Below, in pieces: positions 1 through 12,906 of a stretch of 64,000 nucleotides of DNA. Origin of the DNA: Eledone cirrhosa (taxonomy: Eukaryota); the NCBI GenBank assembly GCA_964016885.1, contig OZ024748.1:30690001-30754000 (forward strand), written 5' to 3'. Under the pieces are notes generated by a model. The model ran no database searches and was not told where the DNA came from. It saw nothing but the letters and a program-made list of their open reading frames with translations. Each line of letters begins with the position of its first letter. Within the stretch, counting starts at the first letter, position 1. The translations under genes were made by a program, and so were the position numbers.

Positions 1-394
1 ATCTCATGTAGAATAATATGCATAATAAGACTACAAGAGATTTTAGATTTTAGACTCTTTATTCCACTCTCTCCTATACTCTCTTACTGTCTGCTTTCAT
101 TTTATTAGCTAGACTCCATGTTCGCCATTTGCTCTATGTTTGACCTTACTCTCTCTTACTCTTTCTCTCTCTCTGTATGAAGATTTCCAAATTCTTCTCT
201 TTAAGTTCACACTCATGTATCTAATTCTTCAATATATTCTGCTTTGTTTGGTTGTTTCTTTGTTTTACATCAAATTAAAATAAAAAATAAAAAATTATGA
301 GGATTGTCTTATGGCTAAATAATAACTATAGCCATTAATCCTAACTATTATAATATACATTATAGATTGTAGTCCTAGATATAGTATATATGAA

Positions 395-540
395 TAAAAG
401 ATGAGATGGTCACAGCTGGAACATCTTTTACCATAGGTCTGCTAAATCAGTGCTAAACCCAGGGCTAAAAGATGAGATGGTCACAGCTGGAACATCTTTT
501 ACCATAAGTCTGCTAAATCAGTGCTAAACCCAGGGCTAAA
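395..540. repeat. 71-bp tandem duplication inside an old dispersed repeat
   Basis: aagatgagatggtcacagctggaacatc...cagggctaaa occurs twice with period 71. A related diverged copy lies near 1290-1400. Confidence 0.9.
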
Positions 541-1657
541 CAACAACAGAATGTCAGCAATGTTGACATTGGTGGGATTTGAACTCAGATAGTAAAGGGT
601 TAGAAGAAATACTTCAAAGTATTTCTTCTGATGTTCTAACAATTCTGCTAGTCCACCACCTCACCCTTGGCTATGGAAATTATGTAGGCCTCCAATGAGA
701 CACACATCATCATGTGATCTGTGGCCTCATTTGAAGTGATGCCTGGCTGGGCTTTACAAAGCTTGCAAGGATTTTGTGTGGTTACATTATATGAGCTTGT
801 TTTGAGCAAGCTCTTCCCAGAATTTTAATGCCAATGCTTATTGCAGCAAGCTCACCATAGAAGAGTTGCTTTGGTATACATATATTGTTCATATGGGCAA
901 CATCACTTATCCAGTGAAACTTACTCTTTTCCAACAGAGTCCATTTATTACATTAGTTAATATTAGTGGCTATAGAGAGTGGAGGATTGGCAGATTTGGT
1001 AGAGTGTCTGGTAAACTGCCACTGCGGTATTTGTTCTGGCTGAGTTCAACTTTTTCCCTTTCATCCTTCCGAGGTCTATAATATAAAGTACTAGTCAATT
1101 ACTGGGGCTTGGGAAGATTAATTTAATCAACTTATCCCTTTCCCTAAATTGCTAGCCTTGTTCATCATCATCATCATCATTTTACGATGATGATGATGAA
1201 CAAGGCTAGCAATTTCATAAATTAGAAATCATTTCCATAGCCAGGTCTTCATTGTCTACTGATAGACAAACAACACAATATATAACACATTAGATAATGT
1301 AGTCTAAGATATATTATGTTTGAATAAAATTGATGTGATAGTCATGGCTGGAACATCACACATCATAGATCTGCTTTGTCAAGATGGACTGGAGCTAAAC
1401 AACTATAACCATTAATACTAGCTATTATACCATACATTAGATAATGTAGTACTGCATTTAAATAAAAGACATGATAGTAAAATGTCTGTTTGATTAGGAC
1501 TGGCCTGGAGCTGAAATGCTACTCTTTCACTCCATAAAACCCCCACCTCATCCAACTCTATCCCACATACTGACCTCATCTCACTCCATGCCCTCAGAGG
1601 TGGAATGGCTGTGCAGCATGTTAAGAAAACAACCTCCTTGGCTTTTGTGTTTTTCAG

Positions 1658-1696
1658 AACTGTCCTCTTCTTTTGTTTAACGACTCTCAAGAACAG
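1658..1696 (+). CDS. ATP13A: Candidate 39-nt exon of the P5B ATPase (NCPLLLFNDSQEQ)
   Basis: It has a ttttgtgtttttcAG acceptor and a CAG|GTGAG donor, is open, and is phase 0-0, compatible with the 7038 exon. It has no conserved motif. Confidence 0.5.
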
Positions 1697-2138
1697 GTGA
1701 GCCTTCTCTACCATTCTATCACTGATTGCTGGAAGCTTGTCTTTTTTTAATCTTCTCTCCTTTTATGAATCTATGATTGTTTTTTTTAATTTATTTAATT
1801 TTGTTAGTTTATTTTTGTTGTTATGTGATCTTTAATATGGTTATTGTTATTACTTTTATTACTATTATTTTGTAATTTGATGTGTTTCTTAGTATTTTTT
1901 TGTTTGTTTTTGCATCTATAGGCATGGTTAATCTTTGCATGATTTTTGCAACATTTTTCTCAGAAAATGTCAGTCTTTTCTATGAATTTATATATATATA
2001 TATATATAGGTGTTAAGGGGCAAATTAATTGCATCTGTAGGCAGTATGCCATATAAGCACTTGATGTTCTTGGGGAGCACAGTATCAATAGTATTAAGAT
2101 AACAAAAAATCAGTGTTGCATCATATACATATTTTATT

Positions 2139-2230
2139 ACATATTACATATGTTTCCCTGTCGATCAGCTCGAGGAACGATCTATTATTGATCAAACCTG
2201 ACTCTAGAATCGGAAGCTCCTCAGATATGT
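2139..2230 (-). ncRNA. Type I hammerhead ribozyme motif in a fold-back element
   Basis: Minus strand reads acatat-CTGAGGA-long imperfect stem II-GAAAC-ATAT-GTA-atatgt-aataaa. Confidence 0.65.
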
Positions 2231-2532
2231 GTTAACATGTAGACTCGTGTCTCAGACATTCTTCGAGCTGATTGACAGTGAAACATATGTAATATGTAAT
2301 AAAATATGTATATGATGCAATATATTGTTCCCTTATATATTAATACTATATAAATATAAATATATATATTAATACTATATATATATATATATATATATAT
2401 AGTATAGGTGATTCAGTGAATTACTGGTGGTGGTACCAATATGAGCACTCAATGCACAGGCAGTTTATATTAAGAAAAAAATGATGAAGTTTTATTTACA
2501 TGTTTTTATTGATTATCAACCTGTGTATGTAC

Positions 2533-2579
<47 letters not shown>

Positions 2580-2670
2580 AAACGGGTTATATTTTACACA
2601 TATGCAGTATTGAAACCATATACATCTATGTTCTCATATAATCTTTTTCTCATCAATGTATTTTATTTTT

Positions 2671-3059
2671 GGAAGCACATGGCTTAGTGGTTAGAGCATT
2701 GGCCTTGCAATCGAAAGGTTGTGAGTTCAATTCTCGGACCGGGTGATGTGTTGTTTCCTTGAGCAAGACACTTTATTTCACATTGCTCCAGTTTACTCAC
2801 CTGTAGAAATGAGATGATAGGGACTGGGTTCCCTATCGTTCCACTGCAAAGTGGTCATGGAGGTGCCACGGCAAAAAAGCACCCAGCCCACACTGTAAAG
2901 TGGTTGTGTAGGCGCCATGGAAAACAAGCACCCACCACTCACTGTAAATGAGGTTGGTGTTAGGAAGGGCATCCAGCTGTAGAAATCAAGCCAGAATCAG
3001 TTCCCGTCCCACCCTTGCAAGCAGGGAAAAGCAGACGTAAAATGATGATGATGATGATG
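2671..3059 (+). mobile_element. tRNA-derived CORE/Meta-type SINE with RTE-derived tail
   Basis: A box tggcttagtgg, B box gagttcaattc, core ccttgagcaagacacttt, and a (TGA)n tail matching RTE 3' ends in this window. Confidence 0.85.
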
Positions 3060-3565
3060 TGCATGTATGAATATACTGGCCCTATTTAGTAGGAGAGCTA
3101 GACCAAGCCTCCAACATTTGCCTTCATTGAGAGATAATGTGGCAAGTCAGAGAAAGTATGAGACATAAACCTTTTGATATCAAACCACTTGAAACCACCT
3201 CTAGTTCTATGACATAAAAAGCTGTTTATTTAAACATGTTTAATATTTATCTAAAAACCTTTCATAATTTTATGTAAACAACCTTTGTGGTTCCAAACAC
3301 CAATATGATAATGAGAAAATTAGTTATTGTTTAGTATATTATACTTTGATCTTCGCTAAAAGGCCAAGAAGCACTATGGTCATATGATATGACTGTTGTG
3401 GGTTGAGTGGGTTCCAGAGCAAAGTATATCTACCCTAGTACAAGGACAAATGAAGGAGTATCTTCAAAGTCTTGTATCACACTTGTATTATACTGTGTTA
3501 CACTGTGTCACACTGACAAAAAAATATGTGTATGTATGTATATATATATAAAAAATATATGTGTG

Positions 3566-3608
<43 letters not shown>

Positions 3609-3647
3609 TTGTGTGTGTGTATATATATATATATATATGTGTGTGTT

Positions 3648-3679
<32 letters not shown>

Positions 3680-4134
3680 ATTAAAACTTTTACGTTTATT
3701 TTTAATATTCACTAACAGAGGTTATTACATTGTTGCTTGGAAGTTAAAACCTACTAATATAGGATATGGTCATAGTCCATAGTAACTTAGTACAATTTCA
3801 GAGCATGTTTCCAGTACATGACAACCTGCTTTGAAGTTGCTTTCTGCTCTACTAATCCAACATATGGTCTTAGTCCCTGGTAATTTAGTTCAACATCAGG
3901 CCATGTGTAACTTTACATTTCTCTAGACTATGCTTGTTTCTTTCTCTATTAATCCAAGATATAGTTTTTGTCTATTGTAACTCAGTTCTATTTAAAACCA
4001 TGTTAACTGTACATTAGACTATGCTTGGTGGTAGTTTTATGTGCTACTAATTCATGATATGATTTTAGTCCAATTTTGATGTCAGAATGGAATTTCTTTT
4101 ATAACAGAAAGTGAAAAGTTTATTAACAACACAT

Positions 4135-4250
4135 GTACATCATACCACATGTAGTACATCACTAGAGGTCATACCACATGTAGTACATCACTAGATATGA
4201 TACCACATGTAGTACATCACTAGAGGTCATACCACATGTACATCACTAAA
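4135..4250. repeat. Minisatellite of about 29 bp
   Basis: About 4 copies of cataccacatgtagtacatcactagaggt. Confidence 0.85.
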
Positions 4251-4369
4251 GCTCATATTACATTGTCATATAGCTCCATATCATATCTCACCATATCATA
4301 TATCTCACCATGTCATATCAGAGCAGACCTTGGAGGGATAACAACTAAAGGGTAACTTCATATTTCCCG

Positions 4370-5420
4370 CAGTTCAGAGAGGGAAGATCAACCACCGGTC
4401 ACATCCTGATGCTGAGGAGAATTCTAGAGGAAGTTAGAGCAGAGAACCTTCCTGCTGTCATGGTTTTTATTGACTTCAGGAAGGCCTTTGATTCTGTGGA
4501 CCAAGACTGCCTGATGAAGGTTTTACAGGCTTATGGAATCCCAAAGAAGATAGTGGACCTGATATCACTGTTCTACACCAACACCAGAGCCCAAATCATC
4601 ACACGCGATGTAATTACAGAGTTCTTTGCGATACTGGCTGGAGTGCTCCAGAGCAATACATTGGCTCCCTACCTTTTCATCATCACAGTGAACTATTGTA
4701 TGTGCATTTCACTGGAGAAACACCGGGACTCGGGTTTCACTGTAACACTGGCTCAGAGCAGGAGAGTTAAGGCTAAAAAGATATAAAATGCTGAATTTTC
4801 TGATGACATATCTCTGGTGACAAACACAGTGAGGGAGGAAGAGGAGTTAATGCAGAAGGTTGATGAATGTGGGGTTAAGAATGAATGAGAATAAGACTAA
4901 TTGTCTGGTAGAGAACATCAAGGAGTCAGATATTATGAATATCTGGTTGAGGACTTCCTGTATCTGAGAGCAAAGATTAGGAACACAGAAGAGGATGTGG
5001 TGAAGAAGAAAAGTAAAGCCTAGGCAGTATGTCACAGTTTAAGGTCGGTGTGGAAGTTGGACCATCATGGAGACCTGCAGATCCATCTCTTTGTCGCTAC
5101 AGTAGAGTCTCTGCTGCTGTATGGGTCTGAAGCTTGGACACTGACCAAGAGGCTCACTCAGATGGTGGATGTGGTGTATACAAGGATGCTGAGGACGAAG
5201 GATTCAGAGCTGTACAGGAGTCTCCCAAAAGTCAGCTCTAAAATGACATAGAAGAGACTGAGGTTAGCTGGACATGCTCACCGACATTCAAAGTTGACAC
5301 TGCACTCAATGGTCCTGTGGGAGCTCCTACATGGACAAGCTGGACTAAGGAGATCAACGATGACATATGTTGATGCCCTAAGGAGAGACACTGGACATAG
5401 CGGCAAGGATGAAGGACAGA
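4370..5420 (+). mobile_element. Decayed RTE-clade LINE reverse transcriptase fragment
   Basis: FIDFRKAFDSV, GVLQxxTLAPYLF and LLYGSEAWTL motifs, with stops and frameshifts. Confidence 0.9.
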
Positions 5421-5469
5421 GACCGCTGGAGAGAACCCATCCATGGATCTTGGGGATTTTGCCTGCCCT

Positions 5470-5504
<35 letters not shown>

Positions 5505-6176
5505 GCAGCATAGTATATAAATGTTATTGAGACACGAGTAACATAATAATGATGTCAACAGCAGAAATTAGAGATGAAATGAATGTTTATTTTTGTTGTA
5601 GCACAAATAATGTTTGTTAACTTGTATGGTTGAAGTTACACATAAAATGAGGTTACAAAAGGGAATGTGCCATTGTGCCGGAAAGCCGGCAGGCCAAAGT
5701 GCAAAATCTCACCGTCACATGTACGTGTTGCTGGTTTGAAGTTCCGGGTGCAAGAGAGAGATTCTTCAAATCTTCGCGGGGAATTTCTGGCGTTGATTGG
5801 CTGAGCTGAGCCAAATCACGCACAGAGAATGTATGTGAGCCCACGGAATGTAGGTCACTACATATATATATATATATATATTATTTAATTGATGAAAGTT
5901 AGTTGATCAAATAATCTACTGACTTTTTCAGAAACAAATGTAAAGCACTCAATGATTTGTATTTCTTAGGATTTTCTCTGTAAGCTATCAATCAGAGTTT
6001 TAATATAATAAATAACAGAGATGGTTTTGTTTGTACATCTTGATGCCAGCAACAATATTGTCTCCCACGTCACAGAACTGTTAGAAAAGCAAAACTATTT
6101 GTATGGGTAATGGCCAAAAATGTAAACACCATAGAAAACCAGTAATATATCAATGGATAGGAAAATACATTTTACA

Positions 6177-6245
6177 CCATCTGATGAAAACATGCCAGGG
6201 GGTTATTATATAACCATTCTGACATCTTTGAAATATGTATAATGG
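6177..6245 (+). ncRNA. Type I hammerhead ribozyme motif (AUA family)
   Basis: ccat-CTGATGA-aaacatgccag...ctgacatcttt-GAAA-TATGTA-TA-atgg, with AATAAA downstream. Confidence 0.7.
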
Positions 6246-6315
6246 AATTATGTAATAAAATGAAAATGTACGAATAAAACCGTCTCTTTTATTTATCATA
6301 TATATATATAATCTT

Positions 6316-6396
<81 letters not shown>

Positions 6397-7037
6397 AGAG
6401 TGAGAGACACATATAGAGAGAGGAAGAAAGAGAGTGAGTCAGATGTCAGACCAGCCAACAAAATAGGAAAAAGCAAGTTTTAGTTAGTTAGAGAGAGAGG
6501 GACGTGGATTGAGTGAGAGCTAGAGAGTGGGGGTAGAGTGAGTGAGAGCTGAAGTAGTGTTTCACTATAGATAGCATGAGGGATGAATGGACAGTACCTG
6601 ACTGCTAGAAAGAGCAGGGAATTCTCCCCCAACTCACCCCCTTATTCCATTTTTGAAAAATAATCTGACTGAGCTTGATGGAGATCAGGTTAGTTGAAAA
6701 CACATGAAAAACCTTAATTTTTATCAATTTTATTTCATCTTATTAGCTGTCAACGCACAAAGTAACTTCTTTTTTTAGAACTATTCTAGATATATATCAT
6801 CATTTATAAGTATTATATAAGTATTATAAATATATACCATCATTGTCATCATGATTTAACATCTGTTTTCCCTGCTAGCAAGGGTTAGTTATATATTTTT
6901 ACATCTAGGAATTGAACTCATCATTGAGATATCTATTGTTGTCTCTCTAAATAAATATCAAACAGTTTACCATTGTTGCTGGTTTCTCAATGATCTTTGA
7001 GGAACCTTCATCATTGAATCTCTTGTCTGTATTACAG

Positions 7038-7145
7038 GGTTACCATTCCGTAAGATGTGAGTCTGACATTAAAAGGTATCACTTTGCTGTGTCTGGGAAA
7101 GCCTTCTCTGTGTTAAAGACACACTTCCCCCAGTTAATAAACCAG
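7038..7145 (+). CDS. ATP13A: P5B-type ATPase exon (GYHS...YHFAVSGKAFSVLKTHFPQLINQ)
   Basis: AG/GT boundaries. The FAVSGKAF motif precedes the FARMSP exon as in P5 ATPases. Confidence 0.9.
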
Positions 7146-7239
7146 GTAAGATAACACACATACTGGATGTTTATATCTTTGTGTCTGTTGCTATTTAGTT
7201 ACACACACGCAGACACACACAGATATATATATATATTCT

Positions 7240-9195
7240 TTTTCTTCTTCGGCTGAGTTTACATTTGCAAAGATTCAGCACGCCTTCTCCAATCGTCCTG
7301 GTCGAGCATGACATTTTTCAGTTCATCGATGTTATCAATGTTGGCATCTCTCAGCAGGGTGTCAATGAATGAGATGGCCTGTCTTCCTATGCTTCTTCGT
7401 CACAAGTTGTGATGCTGTCTCTTCTGGATGACGGATGCAGTGCCCAGCTAGTTTCATTCGTTGGCAGGCAACCTTTTTTGAGACTGGTGGTAGTGATTTG
7501 TATAGTTCTTAATTTGTCAGCCTCCGTTTCCAAGAAATGTTGAGAAACATTCTCAACATCCTCGTGTAACATCTGTCAAGTCTCTTGCATAGCACTTTGT
7601 CAATAGTCCACGTTTCACTGCCATAAAGCAGGACAGACACAGCAGTTGCCAGAAAGAGGCGCTCCTTGATTTTCTGGTTTAGGTCAGACTTCCACACCTT
7701 CAGTAGCTTGTGGCATGCCGACCATGCTAATGCTTTTCTAACTTCAAAGTCCTTGCAGGAGCTGTGCATCCATGCACCAAGATACTTAAAGTTCTCAACT
7801 GTTTTGATTGTTGTACCGTCCTTAGCAAGAACTGGAGCTGGATCAACCTGATTGTAGTGCATGATTTCAGTCTTCTTTGCATTGAGATGAAGTCCTATTT
7901 TGCCTGATTCAACCTCGACATGTGTGAGCAGTACTTGAGCTTGGCTGATTTCCTCTGTGATCAAGGCAATGTCATTGGTGAAGTTTGTGTCAGTGGCAAC
8001 TTTTGGATGGTGACTCCAGCTTCTCCTTCGATCCAATTTGAAATCTAACTCTTCTTCCTTCCCATGAATGGCCTATCTCATTGCATAATCGAGGACAATT
8101 GCAAATAGGAAGGGTGCAAGCGTGTCACCTTGGCGAACACCTGCGAGAATCTCAAAGTAATCAGTGTTTCTGTCTGGTGTCAATACGTGAGCTCAAGTAC
8201 CCTCGTACATCAGACCTATAGCTTGAACTATCTTTTCAGGCACATCATATGCTCTCGGTGGATGCTGTCGAATGCTTTTCGAAAGTCTACAAATGTCACG
8301 ACAGCCTTTAGGTTGTGTGATTGGACACCCTCGATTAATCTTCTCAGTGCAAGAATATACGTAATAGTCGACCTTCCTGGTCTGAAGCCATTCTGGTTCA
8401 GACGTAGTTGTGGATTGATTTTTGGTCAAATTCTGTTGAGGAACACTCAATTTGCCAATTTAGCTTCAATGGAGTATAAAGCTATTTCCCGGTAGTTATC
8501 TGTATAGCCAAGATCACCCGACTTTGGTAGTGTCTTCATATCGCTTTCTGAACATTGGTCAGGCTTCTTGCCGACCATCAGCTTGTTGACATAGCTGAGC
8601 ATGATGTCATCCAGGTTGCAATGCTTGAGAACTTCTGGGCTGATGCCATCAGATCCAAAGGCTTTCTCCTCCATCAGAGGCTTCTGGGAGAGCACATTCA
8701 TGAATCTGTGTAGACTTTGCAGTGCGGTGAGGACAAGAAGAACTAGGGCCATCTCTAGGAGCATTGGATTTGGTGTACTTCATGTTTGTTTTGGTTGCTG
8801 AATACAATCAGGGTTCGCTGCTTCTCCTGAAGGTCAATAGTTCTCTTCTAACTCGAGCGCGAGTACCTTTCCATTGTCAATTTGCATTGAGCATCTGCAA
8901 AGCCGCATTGTTCTCAGAACCACTACACCAGTCTTTCAATGCGTGCAGCTGGAACTACTGCCACCCATTGATTTGGCAGGATTTTATTCTTTTTCTTTTC
9001 TTTCTTTTTTTTAGATGGCCGTTGACTCGTATGAGTTCTTCCGCCCTTTGTCAGGTTTTGTTTTTTGTCCTGCAGGGTGTCCAAAATCACCCTCCTCACC
9101 AAGTAAACTTGGTGGGGTTGCCGGTTTAGTCGCCAATGACCCAATCATGCAGCAGGTTGTACTGGGTTACATGCTACCAGTAGCACTTAAGAGTG
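7240..9195 (-). mobile_element. Decayed, internally deleted RTE LINE
   Basis: NYREIAL, FKYLGAW and LLYGSETWT motifs across broken ORFs. The 5' segment is shared with 48790-48960. Confidence 0.9.
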
Positions 9196-9230
9196 ACATA
9201 TATATGTGTGTGTGTGTTGTAAAAATGACA

Positions 9231-9275
9231 TCTACAAGACTAGAACTGTTTCATTTGTACTAAATCATCAGTGGA
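9231..9275 (-). ncRNA. Hammerhead motif with eroded stem I (same family as 53154)
   Basis: CTGATGA-tttagtacaaat-GAAAC-agttctagtctt-GTA. Confidence 0.5.
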
Positions 9276-9395
9276 AGGATCAACCCCCATCACTGTCAAA
9301 TATATTTATGTTTATGCACATATGTGCATGTGTGTGTGTGTATATACATATATATATGTAATAGTTTCTATATTTGATTATCTATCTTTATACAG

Positions 9396-9475
9396 ATCTG
9401 TGAAAGAGGAACAATATTTGCCAGAATGTCTCCAGACCAAAAGGCTCAGTTAGTGGAGAAGTTTCAAGAACTGGA
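9396..9475 (+). CDS. ATP13A: P5B ATPase exon (ICERGTIFARMSPDQKAQLVEKFQELE)
   Basis: FARMSPxQK P-domain motif with AG/GT sites. Confidence 0.95.
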
Positions 9476-9535
9476 GTGAGTTTTCCTGTTATATTCCTCC
9501 AATAGTAATGCTCTGTGATCTTTTATTGTCTTGTG

Positions 9536-9880
9536 AAAGTACATAGCTTAGTGGTTAGAGTATTTGACTTACAATCGCAAGCTTGTGAGTTCAATTCCTA
9601 GACCAGGAGATGTGTTGTGTCTTTGAGCAAGACAGTTTGTTTCACATTGCTCCAATGAACTCAGCTGTGGAAATGAGTTGCGATGTCACTGGTGCCAACC
9701 GGTATTGGCCTTTGCCTTTCCCTTAGACAACATTGGTGGCATGGAGGGGGGGGGGGGGACTGGTATGCATGGGAGACTGTTGTTTTTCCACAAACAACTT
9801 TGCCTGGACTAGTGCCTCATAAGGAAAATTTTCTAGGTGAAAATCCCATGATCATTTGTGATGGAAAGGGGTCTTTACCC
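9536..9880 (+). mobile_element. CORE/Meta-type tRNA SINE (variant tail)
   Basis: A and B boxes plus the ctttgagcaagac core. Confidence 0.75.
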
Positions 9881-10138
9881 TTTACTGTCTTAATTATTTT
9901 CAATTTGTTATTGCTTGTATCATTCTTATCTACTGTTTCACATGTAAAGGCAATCACTTATGTTTTTCTATGTATGAAGAAAATAACAAAATGTTCTTTG
10001 CATTTGATTTCACATTGAGTCTTATAAACTGTAGTTACACCTATGTTAAAGTCGTCTTAGATTTTCAAATATATGCTATCTTGTGCTTAAAGTAAGGTAT
10101 ATCAATTTTAACCACTTCAATTATTAATTTTTCTACAG

Positions 10139-10181
10139 GTATGGAACTGGTTTCTGTGGAGATGGAGCCAATGATTGTGAG
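10139..10181 (+). CDS. ATP13A: P5B ATPase exon (YGTGFCGDGANDCE)
   Basis: GDGAND hinge motif. The phase matches both neighbouring exons. Confidence 0.97.
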
Positions 10182-10401
10182 GTAAGTCTAGATTCTACAG
10201 GAATACAAAATGGAAGCTTGGATGTTGACCTATCATATTTCACTATATTTGGGTCTAATTGGCCTTGTTGTCTAAATCAGAAACCATATTTGTTCCAAGC
10301 CTTTATATACATTCTGAGTTCAAATCTCACTGAGGTTAAATTTGCCTTTGGTGGGCAATGACTTGTTATGTTGTACCCCTGTTATATAACATTATAATCT
10401 A

Positions 10402-10876
10402 CAGGTTGAGTAGAAAGAAACTCCCTGTTGAAAATTATTTATAACTTTTGGCCTACTGGGACAACATCAATGACCTCATTTTGCATGCCCTGTCCATCGG
10501 TAGCTTGATGTCCAATTTCCGGGATGTTAATTGGATCATCGAGGTTCACATAAATAGCCAGCAAGAAGCCCTGACATAATGCCATGTGATTTTTTTCCTG
10601 TTGGGGTGAATGAAGGAAGAAGTTTATAGCTCAGAACTAAAAACCCTGACTCAATTGGAGGAGCACATTTGTCATGTACTGATCAACATCCCACTTGAGT
10701 TCCTGATGAACTTAGTCAAGGATATATCCAGACAATTACAAACACTGGTGCCCATGTAGAATTTTAACACTGTACTCTACTTCTACCATTATACTGTTCC
10801 AAATAAAACATACTTTATTCAATAATTAATAAAGTTATTAACAATTTTAAATAGGGAGTTTCCTTTCACCCACCCT
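10402..10876. mobile_element. Non-autonomous Tc1/mariner-type element
   Basis: Imperfect TIRs of about 45 bp (caggttgagtagaaagaaactccct.../...agggagtttcctttcacccacccta) with TA flanks. A second copy lies at 49135-49619. Confidence 0.75.
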
Positions 10877-10898
10877 ATATACGTTGTGTTCTTTACAG

Positions 10899-11008
10899 GC
10901 ATTAAAGGCTGCCCATGCTGGTGTTTCTCTGTCAGAAACGGAAGCTTCTGTAGCTGCTCCTTTCACTTCTAAAAACCAGAATATTGAATGTGTTGTAACT
11001 GTGATGAG
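10899..11008 (+). CDS. ATP13A: P5B ATPase exon ([24 protein letters not shown]...)
   Basis: Conserved [22 protein letters not shown] motif with AG/GT sites. Confidence 0.97.
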
Positions 11009-11208
11009 GTAAGTTAGACTGTTGCTCTATTTGTTGACCTTTACACTCTTATTCTGATGGCTATGGGCTGAGGACCTTTTAACTTTTGGTGTTGTAACTG
11101 TGGTAGGGTTGAATTGTAGTTCTGTCATTAACATATTTTCTGTGGCAAATAGTAATTATAATTATTATTATTATTTCTTTATTGATCAGAAGGGCAATAA
11201 TAATTATT

Positions 11209-11375
11209 ATTGGTAGAGCGTCAGACGTTTTGCAGCATAGAGTTATGTCTCTTTAAGTTCTGAATTCAAATCCCGCCCAGGGTACCTTTGCCTTTCATCC
11301 TTACAGGGTTGATTTAATTGACTTTCTCCGCTCCAAAAATTGCTGGCCTTGTGCCTAAATCAGAAACCATCATTA
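11209..11375 (+). mobile_element. tRNA-derived SINE with Nin/Deu-like domain
   Basis: ttcaaatccc B box and tttgcctttcatcctta central domain. Confidence 0.75.
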
Positions 11376-12059
11376 TTATTATTATTGGTTGTTGGACAGT
11401 GAAGATGTGCTATTATGAGCTCGTGTAAATTTGTTATTTTAACGTGTTTAAATCCTTTTGTTAATATTTTTTGTTTCAAAAGGGGCATAAAACTTTAGTC
11501 ATTGCCCTGAAGAAGGGATTCCCCAATTATTTGGACCTTGGGCCCAAATACAAACTTTAAATTTGAAATTGTACTATTAATTTTTTTGTAAAAAAAAAAA
11601 ATGGAGGTTACACCCTCTCCAACTCCTGCCAAGGTGGGAACATTCTCTAAAAAAGCATGTATCACAAAAGTGATCGGACAGCGCTCTAAAGAGAAACAAC
11701 AACCATGTCACCACCAACAGCAGCAGTAACAACGACAACGGAAGCAACAGCAGCAGCAGAGATGACGAGCCCTCGAGGCAAGCAGGGGCTGCCCAAGCAT
11801 CCATATCCTTCGTGAGGGCAGCCAAAAATGTAGAAAGGGTCCACGTCAGCGACAAGGAGTTGAGGGAGGCCAAGCTTTTGGTCAAGAAGAGTGGCCACAG
11901 GGTCAGCCTCTCCCGCCCACCTGACGCCATGAAAAACAGACATCTGTGTATGGTCTCATACTGTGCAATTGGAAACAAATTGTGCCAGGTGAAATGGGTG
12001 ATTGAGTCACAAATCCAAAGGGCTATGTATGCTGTCTGGGTACAAAAAACATACATAGC

Positions 12060-12425
12060 CCGGTGGACAAAATATGGCATCATGGATATTCTCTGTACTA
12101 CCCCCAAAGAAGCCAGGTCACACTCCATCATTTCACTCCACAGTGGTGAGAGTGAATGGTCACCTTTCAGAACTGTTCAATATCATGCACTCGTTCTGCC
12201 AAGATTGTCCCCTCTCATTCCTGTTTTATGTATTGACTCTCGATCCATTACTACTCAAACTGGAGATGTTGAGGAGCATCCCGCATGACTAGGATGTGGG
12301 ATAACCATATCAGTTTATGCCGACGACGCGACTATAGTGGTGTCAGGCACCAAACACATTGAGATGATCAGCACTGCTCTCAATGAGTATGAGATAAGAT
12401 TAACCAGGAAAAGTCGGTGGGCCTG
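12060..12425 (+). mobile_element. Decayed L1/Tx1-clade RT fragment
   Basis: VRVNGHLS, QDCPLS..YVLTLDPL and YADD motifs. Confidence 0.75.
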
Positions 12426-12906
12426 CAGCTAACGGCTGGTGAATATGGCTAACGGCTGACCTGACTTCATCATGAAGTTCGCCCCACAACCATCTTTCGG
12501 TCAGAAAGGGCAGGCAATGTTTCTCTGTCTGGTTGCTATGGTAAAGGAGGTTGCTTGGTGGATGAAGGTGAAAAGATAGAAGACAAAACACATTCCTCTT
12601 CAGCCAATTCTTCATTAACTCTTTTCAAGTACTTCTTGGAAAGAAAGGTGAAAGTGGAGAAATATGTGTTACCCCACCCACCATTATACTTGTTAAAAGG
12701 TGGGTGAATGTCACCAGAATGGCTAAACATGCATCTGTAGGATAGAGAGAACGGAGGGGAAAAGGGTACTTGCCTATGATATCAGGGTGATTTCGGGTGT
12801 ATGGGGCTCCTGAATTACCCCTGGGTCTTCTTCCCTATTCGGGAGTTCTATTATTATACATTTGATCATTATTATCAACATTATCATGACCTCTGTGTCA
12901 TTCTAG

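Noticed and set aside
1147-1215. Small palindrome around (CAT)n/(GAT)n; similar short hairpins at 37342, 39478 and 40449
   Set aside because: They have no ribozyme core or element ends, and are likely local fold-back repair products.
2671-2745. tRNA-like sequence
   Set aside because: It is a SINE head with A/B boxes that continues into the core and tail, and it has no complete cloverleaf.
3407-3715. YIYI/VCVC ORFs here and at many other sites
   Set aside because: They are read-through of (TA)n and (TG)n microsatellites.
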